A stretch of DNA of 64,000 nucleotides from Pseudomonadales bacterium (GTDB lineage Bacteria; Pseudomonadota; Gammaproteobacteria; Pseudomonadales; Azotimanducaceae), in contig JAVJUA010000056.1 of assembly GCA_040219935.1 (NCBI GenBank), positions 14,611 through 78,610 on the forward strand. The letters run 5' to 3'. Below, piece by piece: positions 26,281 to 36,520 of the stretch. Position 1 is the first letter of the stretch. The number at the start of each line of letters is the position of its first letter. Under the pieces are notes generated by a model, which saw only the letters and a list, made by a program, of their open reading frames with translations, did no database searches and was not told the origin of the DNA. Both the position numbers and the translations under genes were made by a program.

Positions 26281-27609
26281 TCAGCCGCGTTGCACGGCCA
26301 GCCGCTCGAGGCGCGGATAGAGCGCGCCGAGCAGGGCCGTGCGCGCCACCATGAACGCCGTCATCGACAGCCACAGGCCGTGATTGCCGAATGCGTCGAG
26401 CGTCAGCCACAGGGTGGCGACGAACACCAGCAGGGCCAGAAACATGCAGTTGCGCAACTCGGCCGTACGCGTGGTGCCGATGTACACGCCGTCCAGGTGA
26501 AAGGCGCCCACCGCGGCCAGCGGCGCTACGACGACCCAGGGCAGATAGTCGCGCGCCGCGGCGCGCACGTCGGGTTGCTGGGTGAGGGCGTCGATGAACA
26601 ACCCGCCGCCCAGGGCGAAGACGATGCAGAGGGCGGCGGCGATGGCCACCGACCAGAGCAGGGTGTAGGCGGTGGCGGTGCGCAGCCGTTGCCGGTCACC
26701 GGCGCCGAAGGCGTGCCCGGCGAGGCTCTCCGCGGTGTGGGCCAGGGCATCGAGGCCATAAGCCATGACGAAGAAGAGCTGCATCAGCACCGCGTTGGCG
26801 GCGAGCACCACGTCGCCGAGGCCCGCACCGACGGCGGTGACGGTGAGGAACGGCAGCTGCACGAACAGGGTGCGGATGATGAGGTTGGCACTCACCTGAA
26901 ACAGCGCGCCCAGCCGCTGCCGGTCGAGCAGAGCGGCGCGGTCGGGCCGGCGCGCGCCGAGGCCGCGCAGCAGCCGCACCAGCAGCGTCACGCCGACGGC
27001 GGCGGCCAGCCATTCGCTCATCAGGGTAGCGGCAGCCACGCCCTCGACGCCCCAGCCGAAGCCAATCACGAAGGTCAGGTCGAGGATGACGTTGCAGACG
27101 TTGAGCAGCACGCTCACCACCAGCGCAGTACCCATGCGCTGCAGCCCGAACAGCATGCCCATCACGACGAAGTGGCAGAGCAGCGCCGGCGCGCCCCAGA
27201 CCCGTATGCCGTAGTAGTCGGCGGCGAGGGATTCCACCTGATCGCTGGCCGGGAAGAACCACAGCAGCCCCTTCAGCAGCGGTACCTGAAAAGCCACCAT
27301 GGCGATGCCCAGCAGCGCAGCGATGCCGACCGCGCGTGCGGCGATGGCAGCCAGCGCCCCCGCATCGCCGGCGCCGAAGGCCTGGGCCGAGAGCCCGGTG
27401 GTGCCCATGCGCAGGAAGCCGAACAGCCAGTACACGGCGTTGAACACCGCCGCCCCCACCGCCACCGCGCCGATGTAGGCGGGGTCGGGCAGGCGGCCCA
27501 TGACGGCCGTGTCCACCAGACCCACCATGGGCACGGTGACGTTGGCGAGCACCACGGGCCAGGCCAGGGACCAGACGCGCCGGTTCCATTCCCGGCGGCT
27601 CTGGATCAC
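26281..27609 (-). CDS. MATE family efflux transporter (DinF/NorM-like)
   Basis: 3' part of ORF 26281..28002. GTG 27609 overlaps the RND stop (GTGA). The product is 442 aa with 12 predicted TM helices and a MATE-type N-terminus (SLAWPVVLANVTVPMVGLVDTAVMGRL). Confidence 0.88.
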   Translation of the reverse strand: MIQSRREWNRRVWSLAWPVVLANVTVPMVGLVDTAVMGRLPDPAYIGAVAVGAAVFNAVYWLFGFLRMGTTGLSAQAFGAGDAGALAAIAARAVGIAALLGIAMVAFQVPLLKGLLWFFPASDQVESLAADYYGIRVWGAPALLCHFVVMGMLFGLQRMGTALVVSVLLNVCNVILDLTFVIGFGWGVEGVAAATLMSEWLAAAVGVTLLVRLLRGLGARRPDRAALLDRQRLGALFQVSANLIIRTLFVQLPFLTVTAVGAGLGDVVLAANAVLMQLFFVMAYGLDALAHTAESLAGHAFGAGDRQRLRTATAYTLLWSVAIAAALCIVFALGGGLFIDALTQQPDVRAAARDYLPWVVVAPLAAVGAFHLDGVYIGTTRTAELRNCMFLALLVFVATLWLTLDAFGNHGLWLSMTAFMVARTALLGALYPRLERLAVQRG

Positions 27610-30600
27610 GTCGGTCCGGGTTGCGCCACGCCTTGCGCCACCTCGTCCCAGCCGAACAGGTCTTCGGCGATGGCGTACAGGGCGGGCACCAGGAACAGGG
27701 TGATGAAGGTGGCGAACAGCACGCCATAGGCCAACGAAACCGCCATGGGTATGACGAAGGCCGTCGCCGGCGACGCCGTAGCCATCAGCGGGACCAGGCC
27801 GACGAACGTGGTCACCGAGGTGAGCATGATCGGCCGGAATCGTATCACGCCGGCGTTCATGGTCGCTTCGTGTATGGAGACGCCTTCCCGGCGCTGGCGG
27901 TTGATGTAGTCCACCAGCACCAGGCTGGAGTTCACCACCACGCCGGACAGGGCGACGATGCCGAGCATGGAGAAGAACACCAGTAGCTGGTCCATGATCC
28001 AATGGCCGACGATGGCGCCGACCGCGCCGAACGGAATCACGCTCATGATGACCAGCGGCTGCACATAGGATCGCAGCGGCACCGCCAGCAGCGCATAGAT
28101 GATGACCAGCGCCAGCACGGCGGCATAGGCGAGGCCGGTCATGGCCTTGGTACGCTCCTCCTGCTCACCGGACAGGCCGATCTCGATGCCGCGGTACTTG
28201 TCCCGCAGCGCGGGCAGCACCTGCTGCTGGATGGCGACGTTGATCTCCTCCGGGCTGACCCGGGAGCGGTCGACGTCGCCGATGACGTTGACCACCCGGC
28301 GGCCGTCGACCCGGCGGATGCTGGCGTAGCCGCGGCCGAGCTCGAAGGCGGCCACGCTGTAGAACGGCACTTCCGAGCCGTCAGGCGTGCGGATGTACAT
28401 GTCCTCCAGATTGCCGATCGACGCGCGCTCGGTTTCCGGATACCGAACCATCACCCGCACCTCGTCCTGGCCGCGCTGCAGGCGCTGCGCCTCGATGCCA
28501 TAAAAGGCGCTTCGCACCTGCCGTGCCAGATCGTTGAGGGTGAGCCCGAGGTGGCGGGCTTCGGGCAGCAGCGACAGCTTGATCTCCTGCTTGCCGGCCC
28601 GGAAGGTGTCGGTGATGTCGAACACGCCGTCGAAGCGCGCCAGCTCCGCCTTCAGCTCGGTGGCGGCCTCGCGCATCCGGTCCACGTCCTTGCCGGTGAG
28701 CTGATAATTGATGGGCTCGCCGGCGCTGAAGGCGTCGGCGTTGAAGGTGAGCTTGACCGCGTCCGGAATGTCGCCGGTCAGCTCGCGCCAGCGCTGGGCC
28801 ACCGCCTTGGACGACAGCTTGCGGCGCTGCTCCAGCGGCAGCAGCTCGATCACCACCTCGGCATAGTGGCTGCGGCCGGCACCGTCGCCCTGGTTCGGTC
28901 CGTCGCGCTCGACGACGATGCCGATGCTGGAGAGCATGTTGACCACCACCGAGCCGCTCTCAGGCCCGATCTCGGCGTCCAGCTCCTGCTGCAGCACCCG
29001 GGCTGCCTCTTCAATGCGCTCGGCGGCACGGGCGGTGACGTCAACGGAGACACCCTCCGGCATCTCGAGCTGGGCGTGGACCCGGTCGCCTTCGACGGCC
29101 GGGAAGAAGCCGAAGACCACCCTGCCGCTGGCGATCAGGGCGACGGCCAGGATCAGCACGCCCAGACCGATGGCGGCCGTGGCGTATCGCCACTCGATGG
29201 CGCGCGCCAGGAGCGGCTGGTAGCGATGCTGCGCGAAGTGTTCGAGCCCTCCGGACAGGCGGCTCTGCAGGGTGTTCCAGCGCTTCGACAGGCCGTGGCT
29301 GGCTTCGTTGTGGTTGCGATGGGCCAGGTGCGCCGGGAGGATGAGCTGCGACTCGATGATGCTGAACACCAGGGCGATGATCACTACGTAGCCGATCACG
29401 CCGAAGAAGTCGGCCATGCGCCCCGGAACGATGATCAGCGGCAGAAACGCGGCCATGGTGGTCAGCACGCCGAAGATCACCGGGATCGACACCTCGCGCG
29501 TGCCGTCGATGGCGGCCTGCACCGGGTCCTTGCCCATCTGCTCGTGCCCGTAGACGCGCTCGCCGACGACGATGGCATCGTCGACCAGGATGCCGAGCAC
29601 CAGAATGAACGCCATCACGGTGATGGTGCTGATGGAGATGTCGGCGTAGGGAAACACCGCCAGGGTCCCCAGCAGGGCGATGGGGATGCCGGCGGCCACC
29701 CACATGGCCAGGCGGAAGCGCAGGAACAGGGCGAGGATGATGACCACCAGCACCAGGCCGGAAAGGGCCGTGTTGGTCAGGGTGTCGAGACGCTCGGTGA
29801 GCTGGCGGCTCTCGTCGGTCCAGATGGTGAGGTCGATGCCGGGGGGCAGCAGGGCCTGATAGTCGCGCACGTAGGCCTTGATGTCGCGCGCCATCTGGAT
29901 CGTGTCTTCCTTCCCGACCTGGTAGACCTTCACCACCACGGCGGGGTCGCCGTTGAAGCGGGCCCGCAGGTCGCCTTCCTCGAAGGCGTCGCGGACGCTG
30001 GCGATCTCGTTCAGCATCACCCGCGAGCCGTCGGGGCGGGTAAGCACCACGATGTCCTCGAACTCGGGGCCCCAGTACGACTGACCCTTGGTGCGCAGCA
30101 GGATCTCGCCGCCCTCGGTGCGGATGCTGCCGCCCGGCATGTCGAGCGAGGCATTGCGCACCGCGTTGGCAACCTGGTCGAGCGTCAGGCCGTAGCGGCG
30201 CAGCTCGTACTCCGGGACCTCGATGGAGATCTCGTAGGGGCGCACGTAGGCCAGCGAGACCTGCGAGACGCCCTTCAGTGCCGCGATGTCGTCGCGGACC
30301 TCCTTGCCCACCTCCTTGAGCGTGCGTTCGTCCGCCTGGCCGGAAATGGCGATCTGCACCACGCCGCGGGTGATCATGGCCTTTGAGACGATGGGCTTCT
30401 CGGTCTCCGCCGGCAGCCCCTGCACGCCGTCGACACGACTCTTGATCTCGTTCATCACCTCGTTTTCGTCGGCATCGAGCAGAAGCTCGGCGAGCACGCT
30501 GCAGGCACCCTCCACCGCGGTGGTGCGGATCTTGTCGATGCCCTCCACCCCCTCGATGGCCTCTTCGATGCGCAGGCACACGCCCTGCTCGGACTCCTCC

Positions 30601-30770
30601 GGCGCGGCGCCCAGGTAGGGCACGCTGATGCTCACCATCTGGATGTTGATGTTGGGGAACTCTTCCTGATGGACGGTGAGCAACGCCAGGCCGCCGCCCA
30701 CCAGCAGCACGCTCATCAGCAGATTGGCCGCAACCGGATTGCGGGTAAACCAGGCAATGGCTCCGTGCAT
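27606..30770 (-). CDS. RND efflux transporter permease (AcrB/AcrD/AcrF family)
   Basis: 1054-aa ORF with a typical RND N-terminus (IAWFTRNPVAANLLM) and two large periplasmic loops flanked by 12 TM helices. Confidence 0.93.
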   Translation of the reverse strand: MHGAIAWFTRNPVAANLLMSVLLVGGGLALLTVHQEEFPNINIQMVSISVPYLGAAPEESEQGVCLRIEEAIEGVEGIDKIRTTAVEGACSVLAELLLDADENEVMNEIKSRVDGVQGLPAETEKPIVSKAMITRGVVQIAISGQADERTLKEVGKEVRDDIAALKGVSQVSLAYVRPYEISIEVPEYELRRYGLTLDQVANAVRNASLDMPGGSIRTEGGEILLRTKGQSYWGPEFEDIVVLTRPDGSRVMLNEIASVRDAFEEGDLRARFNGDPAVVVKVYQVGKEDTIQMARDIKAYVRDYQALLPPGIDLTIWTDESRQLTERLDTLTNTALSGLVLVVIILALFLRFRLAMWVAAGIPIALLGTLAVFPYADISISTITVMAFILVLGILVDDAIVVGERVYGHEQMGKDPVQAAIDGTREVSIPVIFGVLTTMAAFLPLIIVPGRMADFFGVIGYVVIIALVFSIIESQLILPAHLAHRNHNEASHGLSKRWNTLQSRLSGGLEHFAQHRYQPLLARAIEWRYATAAIGLGVLILAVALIASGRVVFGFFPAVEGDRVHAQLEMPEGVSVDVTARAAERIEEAARVLQQELDAEIGPESGSVVVNMLSSIGIVVERDGPNQGDGAGRSHYAEVVIELLPLEQRRKLSSKAVAQRWRELTGDIPDAVKLTFNADAFSAGEPINYQLTGKDVDRMREAATELKAELARFDGVFDITDTFRAGKQEIKLSLLPEARHLGLTLNDLARQVRSAFYGIEAQRLQRGQDEVRVMVRYPETERASIGNLEDMYIRTPDGSEVPFYSVAAFELGRGYASIRRVDGRRVVNVIGDVDRSRVSPEEINVAIQQQVLPALRDKYRGIEIGLSGEQEERTKAMTGLAYAAVLALVIIYALLAVPLRSYVQPLVIMSVIPFGAVGAIVGHWIMDQLLVFFSMLGIVALSGVVVNSSLVLVDYINRQRREGVSIHEATMNAGVIRFRPIMLTSVTTFVGLVPLMATASPATAFVIPMAVSLAYGVLFATFITLFLVPALYAIAEDLFGWDEVAQGVAQPGPT

Positions 30771-30787
30771 GGCTGCTGTGTCCCGGG

Positions 30788-31924
30788 TCAGCCGGAGACC
30801 GGGCGGACGGTCATGCCATCCACGGCGGTCTGCAGCGGCGAGATGCAGACGCGCTCACCCGGCGCCAGCCCGCCCCGGACCAGCACCTCGTCCTGATACA
30901 GACGCAGCGGGTCGATCTGCCGGTAGCGCAGCCGGTCTTCGGCATCCACCACCAGCACGCGGTTGTCCTCGCGAAGGGCCGATCGCGGCAGCACCACCAC
31001 GTCCTCCGCCAGCAGGCCCTCGATCTCAGCGTTCACAAAGAGACCCACGGACATGGGGGTGGCGGCACCGTCGTTGTCTACCCGGGCGACCACGTACAGC
31101 ATGCGGCTCGAGGTGTCGATCTGGGCTTCGGTTCGGACGATGCGCCCGTGCCACTTTAGACGCTGGCCGCCGTAGTCGGCCCATAGGGTCACGGCCGGCT
31201 GCTGGTCCGGCGGCAGCTCGCCGCGCGCGCCCAACGGCAGGTTCAGAAACGCGAGCTGGCGGTCGGCGATGGGCAGGCGTACCTCGGCGTCGGCGCTCGC
31301 GTACAGGGTGGCAATGGGATTGCCGCGGGAAACGAACTGGCCGATGTCCACCGAGCGACGCCGCACCAGCCCGGTGAAAGGCGCGCGGATCACGGTGCGC
31401 TCGAGATCGCGGCGGGCCTGATCCATGGCGGCCTGGGCGTCCTGCAACGTCGCTTCGGCGATGCGGTGGGCGCGCAGGGCCGTTTCCAGCGTCGACCGGC
31501 TGGCGAGCTGGCGCGCCTCCAGGCTTTCCATGCGGGTGAGCTCGAAGCGGGCGTGCTCCTGCTCCGCGGCCGCTCGCTGCAGGGCCGCCTCGGCGCGTTC
31601 GAGCGCGGTGCGGTAGTCCTGGTCCTCGAGCCGCAGCAGCTCGTCGCCGGCCTCGAAGCCGCCGCCGTTCACCAGCGATGGTGAGATCCAATGCACCCGG
31701 CCCGAGACCTCGGGGATGAGCTCGGTCTCGGTGTTCGGCGCCACCGTGCCCTGAGAGTGCACGGTGAGCTGCACGGATTGGGGGATCACCGCCAGCACCC
31801 GCACCGTGGTGGGCACCGGCTCCGGGATGCTGGGCTCGAGGCGCGGGCTGGTGGCCAGCAGGGTGAGGGCGCCGAACAGCGCCGCCACGACGATCAGACC
31901 GGGAACGACGAGCTTGCGAATCAT
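30788..31924 (-). CDS. RND efflux periplasmic adaptor (membrane fusion protein, HlyD family)
   Basis: 3' part of ORF 30788..32677. ATG 31924 overlaps the GntR stop (ATGA). It has a TM anchor, a coiled-coil hairpin and the VIRAPFTGLV motif. Confidence 0.9.
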   Translation of the reverse strand: MIRKLVVPGLIVVAALFGALTLLATSPRLEPSIPEPVPTTVRVLAVIPQSVQLTVHSQGTVAPNTETELIPEVSGRVHWISPSLVNGGGFEAGDELLRLEDQDYRTALERAEAALQRAAAEQEHARFELTRMESLEARQLASRSTLETALRAHRIAEATLQDAQAAMDQARRDLERTVIRAPFTGLVRRRSVDIGQFVSRGNPIATLYASADAEVRLPIADRQLAFLNLPLGARGELPPDQQPAVTLWADYGGQRLKWHGRIVRTEAQIDTSSRMLYVVARVDNDGAATPMSVGLFVNAEIEGLLAEDVVVLPRSALREDNRVLVVDAEDRLRYRQIDPLRLYQDEVLVRGGLAPGERVCISPLQTAVDGMTVRPVSG

Positions 31925-32649
31925 GAGCTGGCTACCTGTTGGGGCCGCGATGGCGCCTGACGCAGGGTGGCGAACGCCCTGCGGGCCGCATCCCGGTTGA
32001 AATCGGACCATGTCTTGAAGATGCCGCGCACGGCCTCGGCATCGCGTGCGGCCAGCGCGGCGTCGAGCTGCGCGGCGTGGCGGCGATGGGCGTCCGTGTC
32101 GATGGCGATGCGGCCTTCGAGCACGGCCATGCGCGGCGCGAACTGGGCGAGCAGGGCGCGAGCGATGAGCTGGCAGACCAGGTTGCCGCTGGCCGCCATG
32201 ATGGCGCTCATGAGCTCGAAGCGGGCCTCCGTGGCGAGGACGTCTGCGTCCGGCCGGCTGAGTACCTGCACGCGCTCGCGGATGGTGGCGAGCTCGGCGT
32301 CGGTGGCGCGGCGCACGGCCGATTCGGCCGCCAGGGTGATCAGGTGCTGCATGACCACCAGGATCTGGTCCACCAGATCTTCGTCGGGCACGTCGCCGAT
32401 GGCCAGCAGGTGGCCAATGACGTCGAGGCTGGCTTCGTTGAGCGGCGCCACCCGGGCACCGCCCGGTTGGATGCAGGCGATGCCGAGCTGCTCCAGCTTC
32501 TTCATGGCTTCCCGGACCGCGCCGCGGTTGGCGTCGAATCGCGCCGCCAGGTCGCGCTCGGACGGCAGGCGCTCGCCGGTGCGGTACTGGCCGACCAGGA
32601 TGTCCCGAGTGAGGCTGTCGGCGATTTCTTCGTGCTTGCGAACGGTCAT
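31921..32649 (-). CDS. GntR family transcriptional regulator, FadR subfamily (FCD domain)
   Basis: 242-aa ORF with an N-terminal winged HTH ([30 protein letters not shown]) and an all-helical C-terminal domain. Confidence 0.88.
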   Translation of the reverse strand: MTVRKHEEIADSLTRDILVGQYRTGERLPSERDLAARFDANRGAVREAMKKLEQLGIACIQPGGARVAPLNEASLDVIGHLLAIGDVPDEDLVDQILVVMQHLITLAAESAVRRATDAELATIRERVQVLSRPDADVLATEARFELMSAIMAASGNLVCQLIARALLAQFAPRMAVLEGRIAIDTDAHRRHAAQLDAALAARDAEAVRGIFKTWSDFNRDAARRAFATLRQAPSRPQQVASS

Positions 32650-32670
32650 GGCGCGTCGGGCTCCCTGGCC

Positions 32671-32718
32671 TGACCATATCTGTCAGACCAAATCTGTCTG
32701 ACCAGGTTGGTCAGACCA
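32671..32718. promoter_or_regulatory. Array of three FadR/GntR-type operator boxes
   Basis: TGTCAGACCA (32681-32690), TGTCTGACCA (32695-32704) and the palindrome TGGTCAGACCA (32708-32718), plus half-site TGACCA (32671-32676). They lie 22-70 nt upstream of the GntR start. Confidence 0.5.
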
Positions 32719-32852
32719 AAAACGAGGGGCATTCTACGGAAGTCGCCGACGATGTCCAGCCCGGGCCCGTCGAAAGGCGATGGCGGTCACAGCGCCTGAT
32801 CCGTTGCGGCCATTGCGCTACACTGGGCCGCCCTCCCGCGCGTCGCAGCAAC

Positions 32853-34880
32853 ATGGTTCACGCTCTGGCCGAGTTCGAGGTCGATTCCAGCTATCAGCCC
32901 GCCGGCGACCAGCCCGAGGCGATCAGGCGGCTGGTGGAGGGCCTGGAATCGGGGCTGTCGCATCAGACCCTGCTCGGCGTGACCGGGTCGGGCAAGACCT
33001 TCAGCGTCGCCAACGTGATCCAGACGGTCCAGCGCCCGACCCTGGTTCTGGCACCCAACAAGACCCTGGCCGCTCAGCTCTACGGCGAGTTCAAGGCGTT
33101 CTTCCCGAAGAACGCCGTGGAGTACTTCGTCTCTTACTACGACTACTACCAGCCCGAGGCCTATGTGCCTTCTTCCGACACCTATATCGAGAAGGACGCC
33201 TCGGTGAACGCCCACATCGAGCAGATGCGGCTGTCGGCAACCAAGGCCCTGCTGGAGCGCCGGGACACCATCATCGTCGCCTCGGTGTCGGCCATCTACG
33301 GCCTCGGCGACCCGCAGTCGTACCTGCGCATGGTGCTGCACCTCGACCGCGGCGATAAGGTGGATCAGCGCTACATCATCACCCGCCTGGCGGAGCTGCA
33401 GTACACGCGCAACGACATGGCGTTTCAGCGCGGCACCTATCGGGTGCGTGGTGACGTGGTGGACATCTTTCCGGCGGAGTCCGAGAAGGAGGCGGTGCGG
33501 GTCGAGCTGTTCGACGACGAGATCGAGAACATCTCCGTGTTCGACCCGCTCACCGGCGAGATCGTCAATCGGGTGCCGCGCTACACCGTATTCCCGAAGA
33601 CCCATTACGTCACCCCGCGCGAGCGCATCCTCGGCGTGCTCGACGAGATTCGCGACGAGCTGAAGGATCGGCTCGAGTACCTGCACCAGCACAACAAGCT
33701 GGTGGAAGCGCAGCGGCTCGAGCAGCGCACGCGCTTCGATCTCGAGATGATCAAGGAGCTCGGCTATTGCAACGGCATCGAGAACTACTCCCGCTACCTC
33801 TCCGGCCGCGGCCCGGGTGAGCCGCCGCCGACGCTGTTCGACTACCTGCCCAGTGATGCGCTGCTGATCATCGACGAGAGCCATGTCACCGTGCCCCAGA
33901 TCGGCGGCATGTACAAAGGCGACCGCTCGCGCAAGGAGACGCTGGTGGAGTACGGCTTCCGGTTGCCCTCGGCGCTGGACAACCGGCCGCTGCGCTTCGA
34001 CGAGTGGGAACGCCTGGCGCCGCAGACCATCTTCGTGTCGGCCACCCCGGCCGACTACGAGGCGAAGATGTCCGGTCAGGTGGTGGAGCAGGTGGTGCGG
34101 CCCACGGGTCTGGTAGACCCCCAGGTGGAGGTGCGCCCCGCATCCAGCCAGGTGGACGACCTGTTCGGCGAGATCCGCGCCACGGTCAGCGCCGGCGAGC
34201 GGGTGCTGGTCACCACGCTCACCAAGCGCATGGCGGAAGATCTGACCGACTACCTGGACGACCACGGCGTCCGGGTACGCTATCTGCACTCCGACATCGA
34301 TACCGTGGAGCGCATGGAGATCATCCGCGATCTGCGCCTCGGCGAGTTCGACGTGCTGGTGGGCATCAACCTGCTGCGGGAAGGCCTCGACATGCCGGAG
34401 GTGTCGCTGGTGGCCATTCTCGATGCCGACAAGGAGGGGTTCCTGCGTGCCGAGCGGTCGCTGATTCAGACCATCGGCCGGGCAGCGCGCAACGTCAACG
34501 GCCGGGCCATCCTCTATGCCGACAAGGTCACGGGCTCGATGCAGCGCGCCATGGACGAGACCGAGCGCCGCCGCACCAAGCAGGTGGCATTCAATGCCGA
34601 GCACGGCATCACGCCGCAGACGATTCTGAAACGCGTAGCGGACGTCATGGAGGGCGCGCGCTCGGCCACGCCCGGCATGGGGCGGCGTAGCGCCGCGGCC
34701 GCCGGCCGTCGTGCCCGTCAAGAAGAGCTGGAGATTCCCGACGATCCGCGCGCGCTCGGGCGGCTGCTCGAGAAGCTGGAGGCGCAGATGCTCGAGCACG
34801 CCCGCAATCTGGAGTTCGAGGAGGCCGCCGCCATGCGCGATCGCATCAAGGAGATCCGCGGCGAGCGGCTGATGGCCTGA
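32853..34880 (+). CDS. uvrB: Excinuclease ABC subunit B
   Basis: 675-aa ORF with Walker A GVTGSGKT, conserved UvrB helicase motifs and the C-terminal UVR domain ([17 protein letters not shown]). Confidence 0.97.
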   Translation: MVHALAEFEVDSSYQPAGDQPEAIRRLVEGLESGLSHQTLLGVTGSGKTFSVANVIQTVQRPTLVLAPNKTLAAQLYGEFKAFFPKNAVEYFVSYYDYYQPEAYVPSSDTYIEKDASVNAHIEQMRLSATKALLERRDTIIVASVSAIYGLGDPQSYLRMVLHLDRGDKVDQRYIITRLAELQYTRNDMAFQRGTYRVRGDVVDIFPAESEKEAVRVELFDDEIENISVFDPLTGEIVNRVPRYTVFPKTHYVTPRERILGVLDEIRDELKDRLEYLHQHNKLVEAQRLEQRTRFDLEMIKELGYCNGIENYSRYLSGRGPGEPPPTLFDYLPSDALLIIDESHVTVPQIGGMYKGDRSRKETLVEYGFRLPSALDNRPLRFDEWERLAPQTIFVSATPADYEAKMSGQVVEQVVRPTGLVDPQVEVRPASSQVDDLFGEIRATVSAGERVLVTTLTKRMAEDLTDYLDDHGVRVRYLHSDIDTVERMEIIRDLRLGEFDVLVGINLLREGLDMPEVSLVAILDADKEGFLRAERSLIQTIGRAARNVNGRAILYADKVTGSMQRAMDETERRRTKQVAFNAEHGITPQTILKRVADVMEGARSATPGMGRRSAAAAGRRARQEELEIPDDPRALGRLLEKLEAQMLEHARNLEFEEAAAMRDRIKEIRGERLMA

Positions 34881-34896
34881 GGGCGGGCCGCTGCGC

Positions 34897-35214
34897 TCAG
34901 TCCACCTCTTCGATCTCGACCGTACCCTCGCGGTCTTCCAGCACCTCCGGGTCTAAATCGTACGGGTCCGGCTCCTTGGGGATGAACCAGGGCCGCCAGT
35001 GGGTCACCGGCACGTCGAGGTCGCGGGGCTGCACCAGACGCACGAACTCGCCGTCGTCGGTGAGAATCGCGTACTCCACCCCCTTGCCCGGCGGCTTCTG
35101 GCTGACCACGTAGTCGCCGGCCTCGTTGACGTAGGCATAGACCTCGGCGTGGACCGTGGTCGAGCAAAGCGATCCGGCCAGCAGTATGACGGTGAGCGTC
35201 CATGGTCGCGTCAT
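34897..35214 (-). CDS. Small secreted protein (DUF4124-like)
   Basis: ATG 35214 overlaps the P450 stop (ATGA). Signal peptide MTRPWTLTVILLAGSLCSTTVHA, then EVYAYVNEAGDYVVSQKPP and an acidic C-terminus. Confidence 0.65.
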   Translation of the reverse strand: MTRPWTLTVILLAGSLCSTTVHAEVYAYVNEAGDYVVSQKPPGKGVEYAILTDDGEFVRLVQPRDLDVPVTHWRPWFIPKEPDPYDLDPEVLEDREGTVEIEEVD

Positions 35215-36410
35215 GATGAAACCCCGGGGGTGAAGCGGATCGGCATGCGGCGGATGCCGGAGATGAAGTTGGACGCCAGCCATTCCGGCGGCTCGGTGAG
35301 CTCGATGTCGTGCAGGCGCGTGAGCACCTCGGTGAGCATGCAGTCGATCTCCACCCGGGCGATGTGCTGGCCGAGGCAGACGTGGGTGCCGGCGCCGAAG
35401 GCGATGTGGCCGTTGTCGGCGCGGCGGATGTCCAGGGTGTCCGGTGCGTCGAAGCGGCGCGGGTCGCGGTTGGCGGCGCCGAAGTAGCGCACCACCTTGT
35501 CGCCGGCGCGGATCTTCTGACCGGCGATCTCGGTGTCGGCCAGCGCCGTGCGGCGCATGTAGATCACCGGCGATACCCAGCGCAGCAGCTCGTCGCGGGC
35601 GCCGGGCACCAGCGATGGATCGGCGCGCAGCGCCGCCAGATGCTGCGGGTGCGACAGCAGGGCATGCAGCCCGCCTGCCACCAGGTTGCGGGTGGTGTCG
35701 CCGCCGGCGTCGATCAGCAGCAGGAAGAAAAGCTGGAAGTCCACCAGATCGAGGCGCTGGCCGTCGACCTCGGCATGGACGATCTGGCTCGCCAGATCGT
35801 CGCCCCGGCGCGCCAGCTTGTCGGCGTAGAGCCCCTCGGCGTACTGGAACATCTGCATGACCGCCTGCAGCTGCGCACCTTCGGGCAGCGTTTCCGGTGC
35901 GGAATGGATGGTCTCGGTGAGCGCGTAGAGCTTGCGGCCGTCGTCGAGCGGCATGCCCATCAGCTCGGCGATGACGAACGATGGCAGCTCGCCGGCAATG
36001 TCCGCCACGAAGTCGCACTCGCCGCGCTCGATCACGGCATCGACGATCTGCCGCGACAGTGCCTCGATGCGCGGGCGCAGCTCGTTGGCCGGGCCCCGGG
36101 TGAACTCGCGGCTGATGATCTTGCGGAATCGGGTGTGGTCTGGCGGATCCATCATCAGCATCATCTTGTGATCGCCCACCTGGAAGCTGGTGCCCTGAGC
36201 CGGGTCGGTGATCATGATGGTGGGCTCGGAGGAGAACGTCTTCGGGTCGCGACCCACCGCGTCCACGTCGGCATAGCGAGTCACGGCCCAGAACCCGGGC
36301 CCGTTCGGCTCTTCATGCCAGTAGCAGGGTGCGTGCTCGCGCAACCACGCGTACTGGTCCAGCGGATGGCCCTGGGAGAAGGACTGTGGGTCGAGCAGGT
36401 CGATGCGCAT
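35211..36410 (-). CDS. Cytochrome P450
   Basis: Heme-binding loop FGAGTHVCLGQHIA, I-helix LLIDAGGDTTRN and ExxR (ELLR). ATG 36410 is preferred over the track's TTG 36419. Confidence 0.9.
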   Translation of the reverse strand: MRIDLLDPQSFSQGHPLDQYAWLREHAPCYWHEEPNGPGFWAVTRYADVDAVGRDPKTFSSEPTIMITDPAQGTSFQVGDHKMMLMMDPPDHTRFRKIISREFTRGPANELRPRIEALSRQIVDAVIERGECDFVADIAGELPSFVIAELMGMPLDDGRKLYALTETIHSAPETLPEGAQLQAVMQMFQYAEGLYADKLARRGDDLASQIVHAEVDGQRLDLVDFQLFFLLLIDAGGDTTRNLVAGGLHALLSHPQHLAALRADPSLVPGARDELLRWVSPVIYMRRTALADTEIAGQKIRAGDKVVRYFGAANRDPRRFDAPDTLDIRRADNGHIAFGAGTHVCLGQHIARVEIDCMLTEVLTRLHDIELTEPPEWLASNFISGIRRMPIRFTPGVSS

Positions 36411-36520
36411 GCCCCGCAATATCGCCCGGCCGCGGCGGTGTGTCCAGAGCGGGTGGCGCAGCGCGACAATTGTGTAGAATCCTAAGGGTTAATGGTCGCG
36501 GGGTGGGAGGTCGTAGCTGC

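Noticed and set aside
32679-32704. SOS (LexA) box upstream of uvrB, suggested by the repeated CTGT
   Set aside because: There is no CTGT-N8-ACAG dyad. The CTGT words belong to the GntR/FadR-type boxes.
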